A DNA stretch of 64,000 bases from a virus. The position numbers were made by a program, and so were the translations under genes. Location: positions 1-64,000 of IMG/VR virus record IMGVR_UViG_3300042197_003251; one strand, 5' to 3'. Positions 26,936 through 37,154 of the stretch are shown piece after piece (the stretch's first letter is position 1; every line of letters begins with the position of its first letter). The notes beneath the pieces were generated by a model that saw only the letters and a program-made list of their open reading frames with translations, ran no database searches and was not told where the DNA came from.

Positions 26936-27328
26936 TCAAAAAATTATTTTCAAAATAAATTTTTTTAAACTTTCAATCATATTAAGGTCTTCTATTTCTT
27001 TTCTTGTATAATAATTACATTCTGTATGTTCATAACCATCCATTGCTTTATTTAAGTCAGGTTGGATTTTTGAATCTGTTTCAAATAAAAATATATGCAT
27101 TATTTTTTTAACTCTACCCTTTTTTAAATTTTTAATTCTTCCCAAATATTTTATCTTGTCCGTTATTTCCAAGTTTGTTTCTTCATAAAACTCTCTATAT
27201 GCACATTCAAGTGGAGTTTCACCTTCTTCCATATGACCCATAGGAATTGCCCAAGAACCATCATCCGACCTTTGACAAATTAACAATTTGTTACCACTTT
27301 TTACGGCAATTCCCGCAGTTTCTTTCAT
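26936..27328 (-). CDS. NUDIX hydrolase
   Basis: GHMEEGETPLECAYREFYEETNL Nudix box; start refined to MKETAG. Confidence 0.92.
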   Translation of the reverse strand: MKETAGIAVKSGNKLLICQRSDDGSWAIPMGHMEEGETPLECAYREFYEETNLEITDKIKYLGRIKNLKKGRVKKIMHIFLFETDSKIQPDLNKAMDGYEHTECNYYTRKEIEDLNMIESLKKFILKIIF

Positions 27329-27350
27329 TTTTTTTCGTATATTTATAAAT

Positions 27351-27701
27351 ATGTTTGTAAAAATAAATAACGACATTAATTTAAAAGTAAAAACTTGCAT
27401 CTCCAAAAATGAAATATCAAAAGGGATGATGAATAAAAGATTTAGGGATTTTGATGGAATGTTATTCTTTATGGGTCCTGATAGTCATTGTTTCTATATG
27501 AAAAATTGTATTATACCCCTTGATATTATTTTTATTGATTCAGATTTAACAATATTAAAAATTTTTGATAATTGTCCTCCATGTATGGAAGATGAATGTG
27601 AACATTATTGCGCCGACGGCAAATATGTTTTGGAAGTCCCTGGTGGTTTTTGTGAAAAAAACAATATAACCGAAGGTGATATGTGTTCCATAGAATTTTA
27701 A
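27351..27701 (+). CDS. DUF192 family protein
   Basis: GMM...GMLF...FYMKNCIIPLDIIFID...YVLEVPGG. Confidence 0.9.
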   Translation: MFVKINNDINLKVKTCISKNEISKGMMNKRFRDFDGMLFFMGPDSHCFYMKNCIIPLDIIFIDSDLTILKIFDNCPPCMEDECEHYCADGKYVLEVPGGFCEKNNITEGDMCSIEF

Positions 27702-27725
27702 AATAAACTTTAAAAATTAAATATT

Positions 27726-28298
27726 ATGAAAAAAACTTATTTTTTCTTATCTCTATTACTATTACCTGTCGCTTGGTTAATTTTGAATAGTTTTTCAAAT
27801 AAAACAAAAACAATTAATGAAGAACTTTATGAAATTGGGTCTAATGAAAATGCTCTGCCTTGTGAAAGAATGTATTATCTAATTGAAACTTATTCAGATA
27901 GTTTTTGTGTTCCAAGATATATCGCATATAATGTGGCATATACTGAAACAAAATATAGAGGTCCCCTTGATACATTATATAACCCTTATCTTAAATCAAA
28001 AGCTGGAGCGATTGGGGCAATGCAAATTATGCCACAATATGCATCATACTTTGCCGGAAGAAATATCACCAAAAATGAATTGATGCATAACCTTGAAACA
28101 AATGTTTGGTTGTCCATGAAAATACTTGCAATGCATTATGAAAAATATAATAGCTGGTCTCTTGCTTGCGGAACATATAATACAGGTAAACCTAAATTAA
28201 ACAAGTATGCAAAGTTTTGTGGAAGTAATATTGAATTTGTTAATAAGTGGGTTAACCTTGATTCTTTGATGACTCAATCTTTTCTTGCAGAATTTTAA
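27726..28298 (+). CDS. SLT-domain lytic transglycosylase with N-terminal signal/anchor
   Basis: ETKY, SKAGAIGAMQIMP, YNTG. Confidence 0.88.
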   Translation: MKKTYFFLSLLLLPVAWLILNSFSNKTKTINEELYEIGSNENALPCERMYYLIETYSDSFCVPRYIAYNVAYTETKYRGPLDTLYNPYLKSKAGAIGAMQIMPQYASYFAGRNITKNELMHNLETNVWLSMKILAMHYEKYNSWSLACGTYNTGKPKLNKYAKFCGSNIEFVNKWVNLDSLMTQSFLAEF

Positions 28299-29664
28299 CA
28301 AATTCATTTTGCAACATCTTTAAAAACTTGATGTATGCGGCATCTTCTTTTTCGGGGTCATATTTGTATTTTCCTTGTGGTGGTCTTTTTGCTCTTCCAA
28401 AGAAATTAAGACCAGATATATTGGTTATACACTTATGACCTCCACTATTTGCTTGAATAATGTCCCAAGCCGGTACTGAAATTTTATCAAGAGCTTCCCA
28501 TTCATTTTCATCCAATTTTTCAGATGGTTTTTCCATTAAGTTTTTAATCTCAAGAAGATATTTTGTCCCATTTTCCATATCCAAAAATTTTTCTCCATAA
28601 ATGGCGGCAAAATCTTTAAATGTGAACCCGACTGAATCTTCACCTATGCTTCCTTCTGAAACCCATTTTATTGTTGATAATGGAACTTTTCTATCTTTTA
28701 ATTGACCTTCCCATTTTGATAATACTTCTTGAGCAATATCACCAAGATTAACTCCCTTTAATTCCCTTTCTTTTTTAAATGGATTACACGATGCTTGTAG
28801 AAGCCCTAATGGCCATGCAATAACAAGAAAATCTGCTTCAGGGTTGTTTCTAAATGGTGTATATCTATCATAAGAACCTGGTTTTATCATACTACCTCCA
28901 CCATATTGAACTATAATATTGTCCTGAACGCTGGGGTATGATTTCATTCTTTCAACATAATCTTCTTTGTTTTTTTCAAGTGATTGTAAATTAGCATAAC
29001 CTTTTTCTTCCATTATTTCCTTAATCTTTAAAAATAAATTAAGGAGTGAAGGTTTTGACTCCATAACAAGTCTCTCAAGAAACTGAGGTTTGTTTTTAAA
29101 TGCCAGTAATAATTTATTGGTAACTAAACCAAGCATCATTCTATTTTTTCTTGCCGATATGTCTTTGTCAAACTTATAAACATAATTCATCACAATCTCA
29201 GGTGTAATTTCATTTTTGGCAAAATCGGCGCTGTCAACCATTGAAATTGTTGCAACGTCTTCTGGCGTAAAAATTTCACTAGGTGAAACTATTTGGGATA
29301 TGGTTTCAACGTTTGACCTAGCTTGTCTGAAACTAGTAGTTTGGGTTTCTTCAGCGCCTGCCTGTCTATCGTGGTGGTCCAAGTGAATTTGAAACATTGG
29401 TTTTCCGTGAGCAAAATCACATAAACAATAAAGAATTTTTTCGTTGGGGTCTGATTTTTTAAGTGACCATTCTTTATCCCCGTATTGTATAACTTGAGCT
29501 CCTATTACTTTAAATCCATATTTTTCAAAGTAACTTTTCATTCCCAACCCACTGACCACTCCATCCAAATCTTGGTGAAACACAATCATTACCTTATCAA
29601 ACTCTTCTCGTAGTTTATTAATATTTTTAAGTCCTGATTCTTTAATTAGCATTTTCAATTTCAT
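28252..29664 (-). CDS. DHH-family phosphoesterase-like protein
   Basis: HQDLDG, CDF, DHHD and C-terminal SGGH. Confidence 0.7.
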   Translation of the reverse strand: MKLKMLIKESGLKNINKLREEFDKVMIVFHQDLDGVVSGLGMKSYFEKYGFKVIGAQVIQYGDKEWSLKKSDPNEKILYCLCDFAHGKPMFQIHLDHHDRQAGAEETQTTSFRQARSNVETISQIVSPSEIFTPEDVATISMVDSADFAKNEITPEIVMNYVYKFDKDISARKNRMMLGLVTNKLLLAFKNKPQFLERLVMESKPSLLNLFLKIKEIMEEKGYANLQSLEKNKEDYVERMKSYPSVQDNIIVQYGGGSMIKPGSYDRYTPFRNNPEADFLVIAWPLGLLQASCNPFKKERELKGVNLGDIAQEVLSKWEGQLKDRKVPLSTIKWVSEGSIGEDSVGFTFKDFAAIYGEKFLDMENGTKYLLEIKNLMEKPSEKLDENEWEALDKISVPAWDIIQANSGGHKCITNISGLNFFGRAKRPPQGKYKYDPEKEDAAYIKFLKMLQNEFVKILQEKIESSKNQG

Positions 29665-30406
29665 TAATTTTTAAAGAGCATTTTATTCCTTTCTTTAGAT
29701 TTTCTTTTGCCGGAATTACTTCCAAATTTTTAACCCCACCAATTAATTCAGGAGATATGTTATTTTTAAACCCTTCATAAATTGAGAATTTGTGGTCCAA
29801 ATGGAAATTTTTACCTCTTCTATATCTATTTGGATTTATCTCATTTCTGTTTTTTATATAGTTTTTTTCGGAATAATACCAAACAAGAAAATAATACCGT
29901 TCCCACCCTTCCTTATTCTTAATAGAATTTTCTAATTTATTATTCTCGTAACATACTCTACATCTTTTACCTTTATTCCAATTGTTCCAAGTTGTGGTCA
30001 AATTGTGGTTTTTATTGCAAATAATATTCATTTTAAACTGCGATTTATTATTTGCAGAATTATATTCATCTTCCGTTGTTAGTAATTTATATCCAGAATC
30101 AACTATAGACTTTTCAAAAAAATTAAAAGGAATAAAATTATTTTTTACTTTATATTCAGAATATCGGCTCCTACAAGACCTACACATTTGTTTATCTAAT
30201 GTATTAAGATATGTGTTATGATTAAAAAAAACTTTTGATTTTGTAGTTTCTAGTTTACAAGAATTACATTCATCACAGTAATATCTGACCGTCCATCCTG
30301 TTTTTTTTTCTGAAACCATTTTTTCAATAGAAACTAGTTCATAGTTTGAGGTCGTTTTAACCCCATTAATCATAGTAAATTTAGGTTTCCAAATAGAGTG
30401 AATCAT
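29642..30406 (-). CDS. HNH-like homing endonuclease with Zn fingers
   Basis: CDEC, CRSC, CRVC; FHLDHKFSI...NLEVIPAKENLKK. Confidence 0.8.
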   Translation of the reverse strand: MIHSIWKPKFTMINGVKTTSNYELVSIEKMVSEKKTGWTVRYYCDECNSCKLETTKSKVFFNHNTYLNTLDKQMCRSCRSRYSEYKVKNNFIPFNFFEKSIVDSGYKLLTTEDEYNSANNKSQFKMNIICNKNHNLTTTWNNWNKGKRCRVCYENNKLENSIKNKEGWERYYFLVWYYSEKNYIKNRNEINPNRYRRGKNFHLDHKFSIYEGFKNNISPELIGGVKNLEVIPAKENLKKGIKCSLKINEIENAN

Positions 30407-30407
30407 T

Positions 30408-30779
30408 CTATTCTAGTGTCAAAAGATATTTCAATTTATTAAATCCATGCAACATCTCATCTCTTAAATTTAATAAATCTGAATCTTCCTGTTGGTCAAA
30501 AATTTCTGTAAACGAAATTAAAAATAGACAAACACCATCCACAAAATTTTGAACTGATATTTCAGATATGTCTTGTCCCTGTATTGTATATCCCCCTTGA
30601 TAAGATGGTCTACCGTGTTTACCCATACAAGCTTCTACAAAATCATCAATAAGTTCATCTAAGTCTCCATATAGATTTCCATAAGCTTGGTGTTTAGCGT
30701 ATGATTTGGTTTGCCAGTGTAAGAATTTTAATTGTATTTGCAATTCTACGAGTCTTTTAATAATTTCTGAGTGATTCAT
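30408..30779 (-). CDS. Dps/ferritin-like protein (DUF5856-like)
   Basis: LHWQTKSYAKHQA...DDFVE...NLRDEML...KLKYLLTL. Confidence 0.85.
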   Translation of the reverse strand: MNHSEIIKRLVELQIQLKFLHWQTKSYAKHQAYGNLYGDLDELIDDFVEACMGKHGRPSYQGGYTIQGQDISEISVQNFVDGVCLFLISFTEIFDQQEDSDLLNLRDEMLHGFNKLKYLLTLE

Positions 30780-30855
30780 ACTTTTTTTTAATAAATATTA
30801 AATATTTTTGTTTGAGTGATTTTTTTTTGTATATTTGTACTCTAAATTAAAAAAA

Positions 30856-31401
30856 ATGAAAAAACTCACTTTCTTCTTTGTTTTTTTGTCCACACTTTGT
30901 TTTTCTCAAACAACTAAACCTGTAAAAACTTTTCCAGTTGTTGAGAAGGCGGTTTTTGAATCAATTAATAAATATAGAGAAGAGAAAGGTCTTAAAAAAG
31001 TTATTTGGTGTGAAAAAGCCTATCAAGCTGCCTACCATCACTCTTATTATCTTTCAGATATGAAGAAGATTCCCAAAATTATACATGAGGAAACAGTTGA
31101 TGTAGAAAATTTTGAGGAATTAGTTTATTTAGGTGATAGATTGAGAAAATATATTTCACATGGTGGTTCTCCATATGGAGTAGAAAATATCATTACAAAT
31201 AATTTTAACGATTGGTGGTTTCAAAGAAAGGATATAGACCCTATTGAGACTTATATTAGATGTATCTTCGGTAATTGGAAAAATTCTCCTGGCCATAATG
31301 AAAGTATGCTAGACAAAAGAGTAACCCACGGGGCAATTGCCATTGTTCGGGAATTAGATGGTTCTTATTGTAGGGTTGTTATGGTTTTTTATAAATATTA
31401 A
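30856..31401 (+). CDS. secreted CAP (SCP-like) domain protein
   Basis: Signal peptide; INKYR, HSYYL, ENI, WKNSPGHNESML. Confidence 0.88.
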   Translation: MKKLTFFFVFLSTLCFSQTTKPVKTFPVVEKAVFESINKYREEKGLKKVIWCEKAYQAAYHHSYYLSDMKKIPKIIHEETVDVENFEELVYLGDRLRKYISHGGSPYGVENIITNNFNDWWFQRKDIDPIETYIRCIFGNWKNSPGHNESMLDKRVTHGAIAIVRELDGSYCRVVMVFYKY

Positions 31402-31425
31402 AAGGGGATAAACCCCCTTTTTTTT
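31400..31425. terminator. bidirectional terminator
   Basis: aaagggg-ataaac-ccccttt between convergent genes. Confidence 0.7.
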
Positions 31426-32552
31426 TATTGTTGTGCGTAGGTAGTTCCCCAATTTGTAATAATTTGTTGGTACATATCTTCACCAACCTCTTTTCCAGGT
31501 ATGCTCCAATCAGTTCCTTCTCTACCTTCTCTATATCTGTAAGAATAATTTGGCCATTTATCATAAAAAGCCTGACAATTTTCTTTATCTTTTCCTGAAG
31601 TTTCATACTGAAAACATTTCATTGCGCCACCTGCAAATTCTCCAGTTCCAAGTTCAGCTTGACTTCCAGTCCAAACAATTCCTCTTTTGGTATCCGATGG
31701 AGGTATAGGAATCCATCTTGTGGTTCCTTTAACAACATTATCACCATTATTAGAATAATACAAAGCCTTCCAACCATTATTTGGGCACATATATACACCG
31801 TTCGTTTGAGTGTAAAATCCACTAACACAAAACTCAACAAATCCTATATTAGGGAGATTACCTATCGGTAATACTCTATATGGTTGGAATGATATATCTC
31901 TTCTTGTCTCAATATTTACATCACCTTTTGCACTTATTCTTATTTTTACAAATTGATAAGGTTGATATTGGGGTTCGGTGCTTTTATTTGTACCAGGAAT
32001 ATATTCAGGTCCTTGATGAGCCCCTGTTATATCTTCAGAGTATTTTACTTGAGATTGTAATTCAGGGTCCAAAATGGTATCTAAATATGTTTTTATCACA
32101 TTATTTCCTGTGTTTGCTCTTTTTTTAGCCAATTCAGTATTAAAAGTTTTTCTTTCTTCATCTGTTTTTCCAGGACCTGATTTAGAACTCCCTGCAATTA
32201 CTGTTACTGAAATCTCAGCACCCAAAAAATCCGTACCATCAAACCAATTTTTAATTTTAGTTTCATCTTCTTCTGAAAGTTTGACGTATTTATCTTCGAA
32301 TTTACCAGGGTCAAACTCAACATTAAGATTTACTAATAAATCTGGTTTTTTTACTTTTTTTACTGATAATATTTTACCATCCTCAGTCATTGATTCTCCA
32401 GGTTGGAGTTTTGGTGGCTCGTGTTTTTCCAATAAAACTTTTCGGATTTTATTTTCTAAAGTCTCAAAATAATTATTTTCATTTCTAACACTTTCATGAA
32501 GTGTTAATATTTGACTTTTTTCTGATTCTGAAATATATGTTCTGTTATTCAT
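31425..32552 (-). CDS. putative virion protein, ISESEK tag, OmpA-like middle domain
   Basis: YISESEKSQILTLH; NTELAKKRA motif. Confidence 0.6.
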   Translation of the reverse strand: MNNRTYISESEKSQILTLHESVRNENNYFETLENKIRKVLLEKHEPPKLQPGESMTEDGKILSVKKVKKPDLLVNLNVEFDPGKFEDKYVKLSEEDETKIKNWFDGTDFLGAEISVTVIAGSSKSGPGKTDEERKTFNTELAKKRANTGNNVIKTYLDTILDPELQSQVKYSEDITGAHQGPEYIPGTNKSTEPQYQPYQFVKIRISAKGDVNIETRRDISFQPYRVLPIGNLPNIGFVEFCVSGFYTQTNGVYMCPNNGWKALYYSNNGDNVVKGTTRWIPIPPSDTKRGIVWTGSQAELGTGEFAGGAMKCFQYETSGKDKENCQAFYDKWPNYSYRYREGREGTDWSIPGKEVGEDMYQQIITNWGTTYAQQ

Positions 32553-32561
32553 AACTTTTTA

Positions 32562-33107
32562 TTATTTTGGTAATTGAAAATTAACTTTAACCCACTGGTC
32601 CTGTAAATACTTTGGGTCATCTGGATTTCCTTCGTATGGTATTTTTCCCTCCTCATATCTACCAGAAAATCCAGTAAAATTACTATCATCAATTAAATTA
32701 TTTCTTTCGAGTTCCGATTTTATATAATCTCTAATGTTACTCAATCTTTTTTTTGCATAACCCCATCTATCAACACCTTTAGCCGCAGGAATTAATGATT
32801 CAGAAGCAACAGTACCGAAACCCATAATTTTTTTATTTTTACTTTTTAAGTAATTTATAATACCCTTTACAAATTCATCAAACTCATTTTTGTTAGTTAT
32901 TGAATTCACATCGGTTTTACCCTTTTCAAAAAAAAATTGGTTTTTCAAATTAGGTAAAACTTCGTGGTGCGTTTTTGTGAATTGTTGACTCATACTCACT
33001 TCAGCTTCTGGTTCAGTTCCCTCAACCTCGAAAAGATAATTTCTTTTAGTTGCATTTATATGCATTTTAAGTATTCTTTCTCTTTCCTCATTCAAGATTT
33101 TGAGCAT
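32562..33107 (-). CDS. putative virion protein, paralogous OmpA-like domain
   Basis: ILNEERERILKMH; ASES...YAKKR...QWVKV resembles the neighbour. Confidence 0.6.
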   Translation of the reverse strand: MLKILNEERERILKMHINATKRNYLFEVEGTEPEAEVSMSQQFTKTHHEVLPNLKNQFFFEKGKTDVNSITNKNEFDEFVKGIINYLKSKNKKIMGFGTVASESLIPAAKGVDRWGYAKKRLSNIRDYIKSELERNNLIDDSNFTGFSGRYEEGKIPYEGNPDDPKYLQDQWVKVNFQLPK

Positions 33108-33152
33108 AATCTAATTTTATAATATAAATACTTTATATAATAAAAAAGGAGG

Positions 33153-34022
33153 TCATTGACCCCCATTTTCAAATACTATTTCTTGTTGTTTCTTTTTATC
33201 CACAAAGGCTTGTATTCTTTCCCTAGCAATTTCTGTGTAGTTTGGACTGAGTTCAATTCCAATCCATCTTCTTTCTAATATCTCGGCAGCAACACAACTT
33301 GTTCCACTTCCATTGAATGGGTCAAGAATAACGTCATTTTTATAACTCAATATCTTAATCGCCTTTGTTGGAATATCCATACTAAAAGTTGCCTTGGTTA
33401 GTGGTCTACTATCATTAAGATATTTCCACTGCCCAAATACCAGTTCCATAAATTCTTTCTTGTCTTCTTCCTGATAAACTACTTTGGTTTTAAATGTTCC
33501 ATCCTCCTGTTCTACTTGTGTTGGAACTCCTTTCCATTGCGGTTCACCTTTAACTTTTTTGATGTGGTGTTTTTTGTATGCAAGAATTACACATTCCTTT
33601 GGGTTATAAATATAAGGGCTAGACGGACTCATCCACGAACCCCAAGCCGTTGTCTTACTTCTATGGGGACTATCTTCTTCCAAATCCACAATACCAAAGA
33701 ATTTGAAACCAATTTGTTTCATTACCTGATAAACTTCGGAAACCAAAAATATTCTTCCACCTTTTTCTTGTCTATTAATCTCGTAAGGAATGTTTAATGC
33801 GATACGACCATCATCTTTTAAAACTCTAAAGGCTTGAGTCATCCAATTACGAGTGAAGTCCAAGTATTGGTCTATCTCCATATCATCATCATGAACATCG
33901 TATTTAATATTAACTCCATAAGGTGGTGATGTGACAATCAAATCAATAAATGAATTGGGCATTTCCTTCATTACCTCAATGCAGTTACCATTGAGTATTT
34001 TACCTACGTAATTTTCAATCAT
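33153..34022 (-). CDS. orphan DNA methyltransferase (N4-C/N6-A, beta class)
   Basis: VTSPPYG, ILDPFNGSGTS, GIEL. Confidence 0.93.
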   Translation of the reverse strand: MIENYVGKILNGNCIEVMKEMPNSFIDLIVTSPPYGVNIKYDVHDDDMEIDQYLDFTRNWMTQAFRVLKDDGRIALNIPYEINRQEKGGRIFLVSEVYQVMKQIGFKFFGIVDLEEDSPHRSKTTAWGSWMSPSSPYIYNPKECVILAYKKHHIKKVKGEPQWKGVPTQVEQEDGTFKTKVVYQEEDKKEFMELVFGQWKYLNDSRPLTKATFSMDIPTKAIKILSYKNDVILDPFNGSGTSCVAAEILERRWIGIELSPNYTEIARERIQAFVDKKKQQEIVFENGGQ

Positions 34023-34249
34023 TTTTTTTCTAAATTTTGTATTTTTCTATCAAGGTACCATGCCGCTTTTTTTAAATCCTGTAATTCTTTATCGGCATCT
34101 TTCTTACCCGCTCTTGCAACATACTTAACCACATTGAATAAGTATGCGTCTTTATCTAATGACCAAGCCTCGCATACCTTAACGACCTCGTAAACATTCT
34201 CCTCTCCGCCATAATGGTCAGGATGATTTACCATTTCTTTATTTTGCAT
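34019..34249 (-). CDS. DUF3310 family protein
   Basis: VNHPDHY...NVVKYVARAGKK...DLKKAAWYL. Confidence 0.9.
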   Translation of the reverse strand: MQNKEMVNHPDHYGGEENVYEVVKVCEAWSLDKDAYLFNVVKYVARAGKKDADKELQDLKKAAWYLDRKIQNLEKK

Positions 34250-34316
34250 AATTTTAAAATTTTAAAAGTAAGTGATGTGCTTTTGGACTCATTTACACCA
34301 TAATTAACTTTGGCTT

Positions 34317-34496
34317 TCACTTACTTTTTTGTACGTAATACCCACTTTCTTTTTCAACAATTAGTTCATCTTCAATCATTTCATTTAAGATTTCTTTGGT
34401 TTGAAACAGAGTTAATTTTGTTATGTTCTCTGAAATAAAAGAAATGTGAAGAGGACTTCTTAATTTAGCTAATAGGGTTTGTTTTAAGGAATTCAT
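34317..34496 (-). CDS. small hypothetical protein (59 aa, winged-helix-like)
   Basis: MNSLKQTLLAKLRSPLHISFISENI...EMIEDELIVEKESGYY; below ORF-track cutoff. Confidence 0.65.
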   Translation of the reverse strand: MNSLKQTLLAKLRSPLHISFISENITKLTLFQTKEILNEMIEDELIVEKESGYYVQKSK

Positions 34497-34632
34497 CTTT
34501 TAAAGTTTCAAATTCTTTTTCTACTTCTTCGTCTGAAAAATTTATTGATTCAGCTCTCAAATATAATTCAATTATCGCGGGATGTGATTTTAATTCCTCA
34601 ATAACTGCTTTATTTACCAATTTTTTATTCAT
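34465..34632 (-). CDS. small hypothetical protein (55 aa)
   Basis: MNKKLVNKAVIEELKSHPAIIELYLRAESINF...; overlaps both neighbours. Confidence 0.6.
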   Translation of the reverse strand: MNKKLVNKAVIEELKSHPAIIELYLRAESINFSDEEVEKEFETLKDEFLKTNPIS

Positions 34633-35395
34633 TATTTTGTTTTTTTAAATTTTCAATTGTTTTTCTTTGTATTAAATAACTCAATACTTTTCTTTTTGAT
34701 GCGGGTATTAACGAAGCTTCAAAAGGAAAATCATAAGTTGCCGTTATAAGAAAAACTGGTAATTTTTTTCTTCCATCGTGAAGTTCTATCAATGTATTAA
34801 TATCGTCCAAATTTTCGGGAATGTCAAGTTTTGTCAAATTCATTTTTGTGTCAATTGTCAACCTGTCCCTTTTTTCAATATCATATATCCATAAATGATT
34901 TTCTTTTCCTTTTTTCATATGGATAAAACCTGAATTAAGATTGAAATTCTTTTCGTTCTTGGTAATTTGAACTGATATTGAATCGTAAATAATTGTATAG
35001 ACTGATTTTACGATGTTGAAATAATTTAATATTTTTTGTCCAGCAAATTTAACTATCTCATTAAATTCATCAAACTCTTTTTCTGATTTTATCTCTAAAG
35101 GTTTATATTTTAATTCTGATATCAAAATTTCATCATCAATATTTTGAAATACTTTGGTAAAGTATAAAGATTTAAATTCATTTGATATTGATTGAAGATT
35201 TGCCAAATGAAGTGAAATTTCTGTGTATATTGGGTAAATTTCAAACTTCTCTATCTTTTTGTCGGCGTATTGAAGAAAATCATAAAGAAGGTATTGTTTA
35301 TGCTCAAAATCAATTGGTTCGGATAAAATCCAATTTGTTTCAAGTTTAAACATTGGTTTTTCTTTCTTTTTTCTATTTTTTTCAGTTGTCACCAT
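34625..35395 (-). CDS. conserved hypothetical protein
   Basis: 256 aa; PIDFEHKQYLL motif. Confidence 0.8.
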   Translation of the reverse strand: MVTTEKNRKKKEKPMFKLETNWILSEPIDFEHKQYLLYDFLQYADKKIEKFEIYPIYTEISLHLANLQSISNEFKSLYFTKVFQNIDDEILISELKYKPLEIKSEKEFDEFNEIVKFAGQKILNYFNIVKSVYTIIYDSISVQITKNEKNFNLNSGFIHMKKGKENHLWIYDIEKRDRLTIDTKMNLTKLDIPENLDDINTLIELHDGRKKLPVFLITATYDFPFEASLIPASKRKVLSYLIQRKTIENLKKQNNE

Positions 35396-36726
35396 TAATT
35401 GTGTCTAAATATATAATAATCTTCTCCATTAAATTCAATAGTGTCATAATCACTATTGTAACTTGACATTTGACCATAATCTTCGTTTCTCATAAGATAA
35501 TTGGTTAGTTCATCTTTGTCAACATATTTTTTTATATCATACCCCATATTACTTAAAAATTCATCGTAATTGTCAACATAGTAATCTACAGTTTCTTCAA
35601 CTTTTTCATCAATCGCATCTTCACTATAATCTCCATCAGGTGAGTCTTTAATTTCATCAATTTCAACTTCTATTTCTGAAATTCTATCTGTTGTTTCATC
35701 ATATTCTTCATCTTCTGGATTCATTCCTTCCAATTTTTCTTCAAGTTGTGATTTTTCTGTTTCAAGATTATTTATTTCTTCTTCTTGGGCTCCACTTAAT
35801 TCTTTATCTTCATCACTTAAATAAGCTTCAGGATTGTCCCTAACATCATTTTCATAAACGTCTTCAATATCACTTCTTAATTCATCCATATCTATACAAT
35901 CTTCAATAACGTGTCTATTAAATGCTTCTAAACCAACATCGTCAATATATTGTCTCCAATAGTCCTTAAAAGCGACATCAACTTCATTTGAATTGGCAAT
36001 AAAATATTCTTCACCTTCTGAATCTGTAATCATTGATTTAAAAGCGGCAAGACCATACATTTCACCATCAGGAATTAAATCATAAACATCCCCATAATCT
36101 TTATCGTTTAATTCATCTATTTGACTTTCAATTTGATTTATTTGTCTTTCTATTTCATCGTATTCATCTCCAACACTATCAAGTTGTTCTTGTCTAATTT
36201 CAAGTTCAGATTTTCTATTTTCAAGTTCATCAATTCTTTCTTGTAAATCTTTGGGTCTTAATTCAACTCCGTCTCTATTTTTTAAGTATTCAAAAAGAGC
36301 ATGAGCCTTTGCATTATAACCATCAGATAAATCATCCCAATCACCATCCTCTCTTCTTGATTGTGCAAGTGCTTTTATTTGCGCCTCTTCTTTAGCTTTC
36401 TTAATTCTCCATCTTTTTGAGTTATAATCAGAAACATATCCAGTTGTTTCAATTCCTTCCAAAGAAGCAATTTCTGTCCCTGAAATATCAAGCCTTCCAG
36501 TAACTTTAACTATTGGTCCTAAATTTTGAATTTTTGGGTATAATGATAAGTCAAGAGGTCCGTTAACAACTAATTTTTTTCCCCTGAATTTTGGTATTCT
36601 TGAAAGTCCATTTAAATTACCTGACATTAATTTTAAGAATTCTAACACTTCATCTTGAGTAATGAATGCATAATCTTCTTCGGATTGTTCTTTTAATATT
36701 TTTGATACCAAATTAATTAAGTTCAT
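35395..36726 (-). CDS. acidic coiled-coil protein, putative virion-internal
   Basis: ILKEQ tag; two coiled-coil segments; very D/E-rich. Confidence 0.75.
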   Translation of the reverse strand: MNLINLVSKILKEQSEEDYAFITQDEVLEFLKLMSGNLNGLSRIPKFRGKKLVVNGPLDLSLYPKIQNLGPIVKVTGRLDISGTEIASLEGIETTGYVSDYNSKRWRIKKAKEEAQIKALAQSRREDGDWDDLSDGYNAKAHALFEYLKNRDGVELRPKDLQERIDELENRKSELEIRQEQLDSVGDEYDEIERQINQIESQIDELNDKDYGDVYDLIPDGEMYGLAAFKSMITDSEGEEYFIANSNEVDVAFKDYWRQYIDDVGLEAFNRHVIEDCIDMDELRSDIEDVYENDVRDNPEAYLSDEDKELSGAQEEEINNLETEKSQLEEKLEGMNPEDEEYDETTDRISEIEVEIDEIKDSPDGDYSEDAIDEKVEETVDYYVDNYDEFLSNMGYDIKKYVDKDELTNYLMRNEDYGQMSSYNSDYDTIEFNGEDYYIFRHN

Positions 36727-36831
36727 GAAACACTTTTACTTATAAATATGCAAAAATAAGATATACTATTTCCTTTTGAAACTTTAATTAAAATATTTAT
36801 CAGTAATAAACTAAACTAAAAATTAAACAAA

Positions 36832-36981
36832 ATGGCAGGATGTGGGTGCAAGAACAACCAAAAAACTGAGCCTGTTAACGTTCAGACAAGTGAGGCTCAA
36901 AAATCACAGCAAAATGAATCAGTTCAAAAAGCTGTTCAGCAGACTATTGAGAAATATTATAAACAAAAAACAAAAGGTTAA
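36832..36981 (+). CDS. small protein with N-terminal GCGCK motif (49 aa)
   Basis: MAGCGCKNNQKTEPVNVQ...IEKYYKQKTKG; own ATATTTAT motif, A-rich leader and terminator. Confidence 0.75.
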   Translation: MAGCGCKNNQKTEPVNVQTSEAQKSQQNESVQKAVQQTIEKYYKQKTKG

Positions 36982-37011
36982 AACTTTTGTTATATTTCCG
37001 ACTAGTCAATT

Positions 37012-37040
37012 AAAAGGGGGATTATTTCCCCTTTTTTTAT
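37012..37040 (+). terminator. intrinsic terminator
   Basis: aaaggggg-attatt-tcccccttt plus T-tract. Confidence 0.8.
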
Positions 37041-37075
37041 ATTTATAGGTAATAAACCATTTAAAAAATAGTACT

Positions 37076-37123
37076 ATGAAAAACGGTGGTGGTAATGGCG
37101 GTGGTTGTGGATGCGGTAAGTAA
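37076..37123 (+). CDS. 15-aa Gly/Cys peptide MKNGGGNGGGCGCGK
   Basis: GC-rich codons in AT-rich spacer; own ATATTTAT motif, A-rich leader and terminator. Confidence 0.6.
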   Translation: MKNGGGNGGGCGCGK

Positions 37124-37154
37124 TCCTAACTACAAAAAAATTAATCTAGATTGT

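Noticed and set aside
26419-26958. Plus-strand ORFs 26419-26658 and 26755-26958
   Set aside because: Lie antisense to the GOLLD-like RNA and across its promoter array
36842-37048. 68-aa ORF in the track
   Set aside because: Reads through a terminator; the overlapping frame from ATG 36832 fits the leader and terminator better
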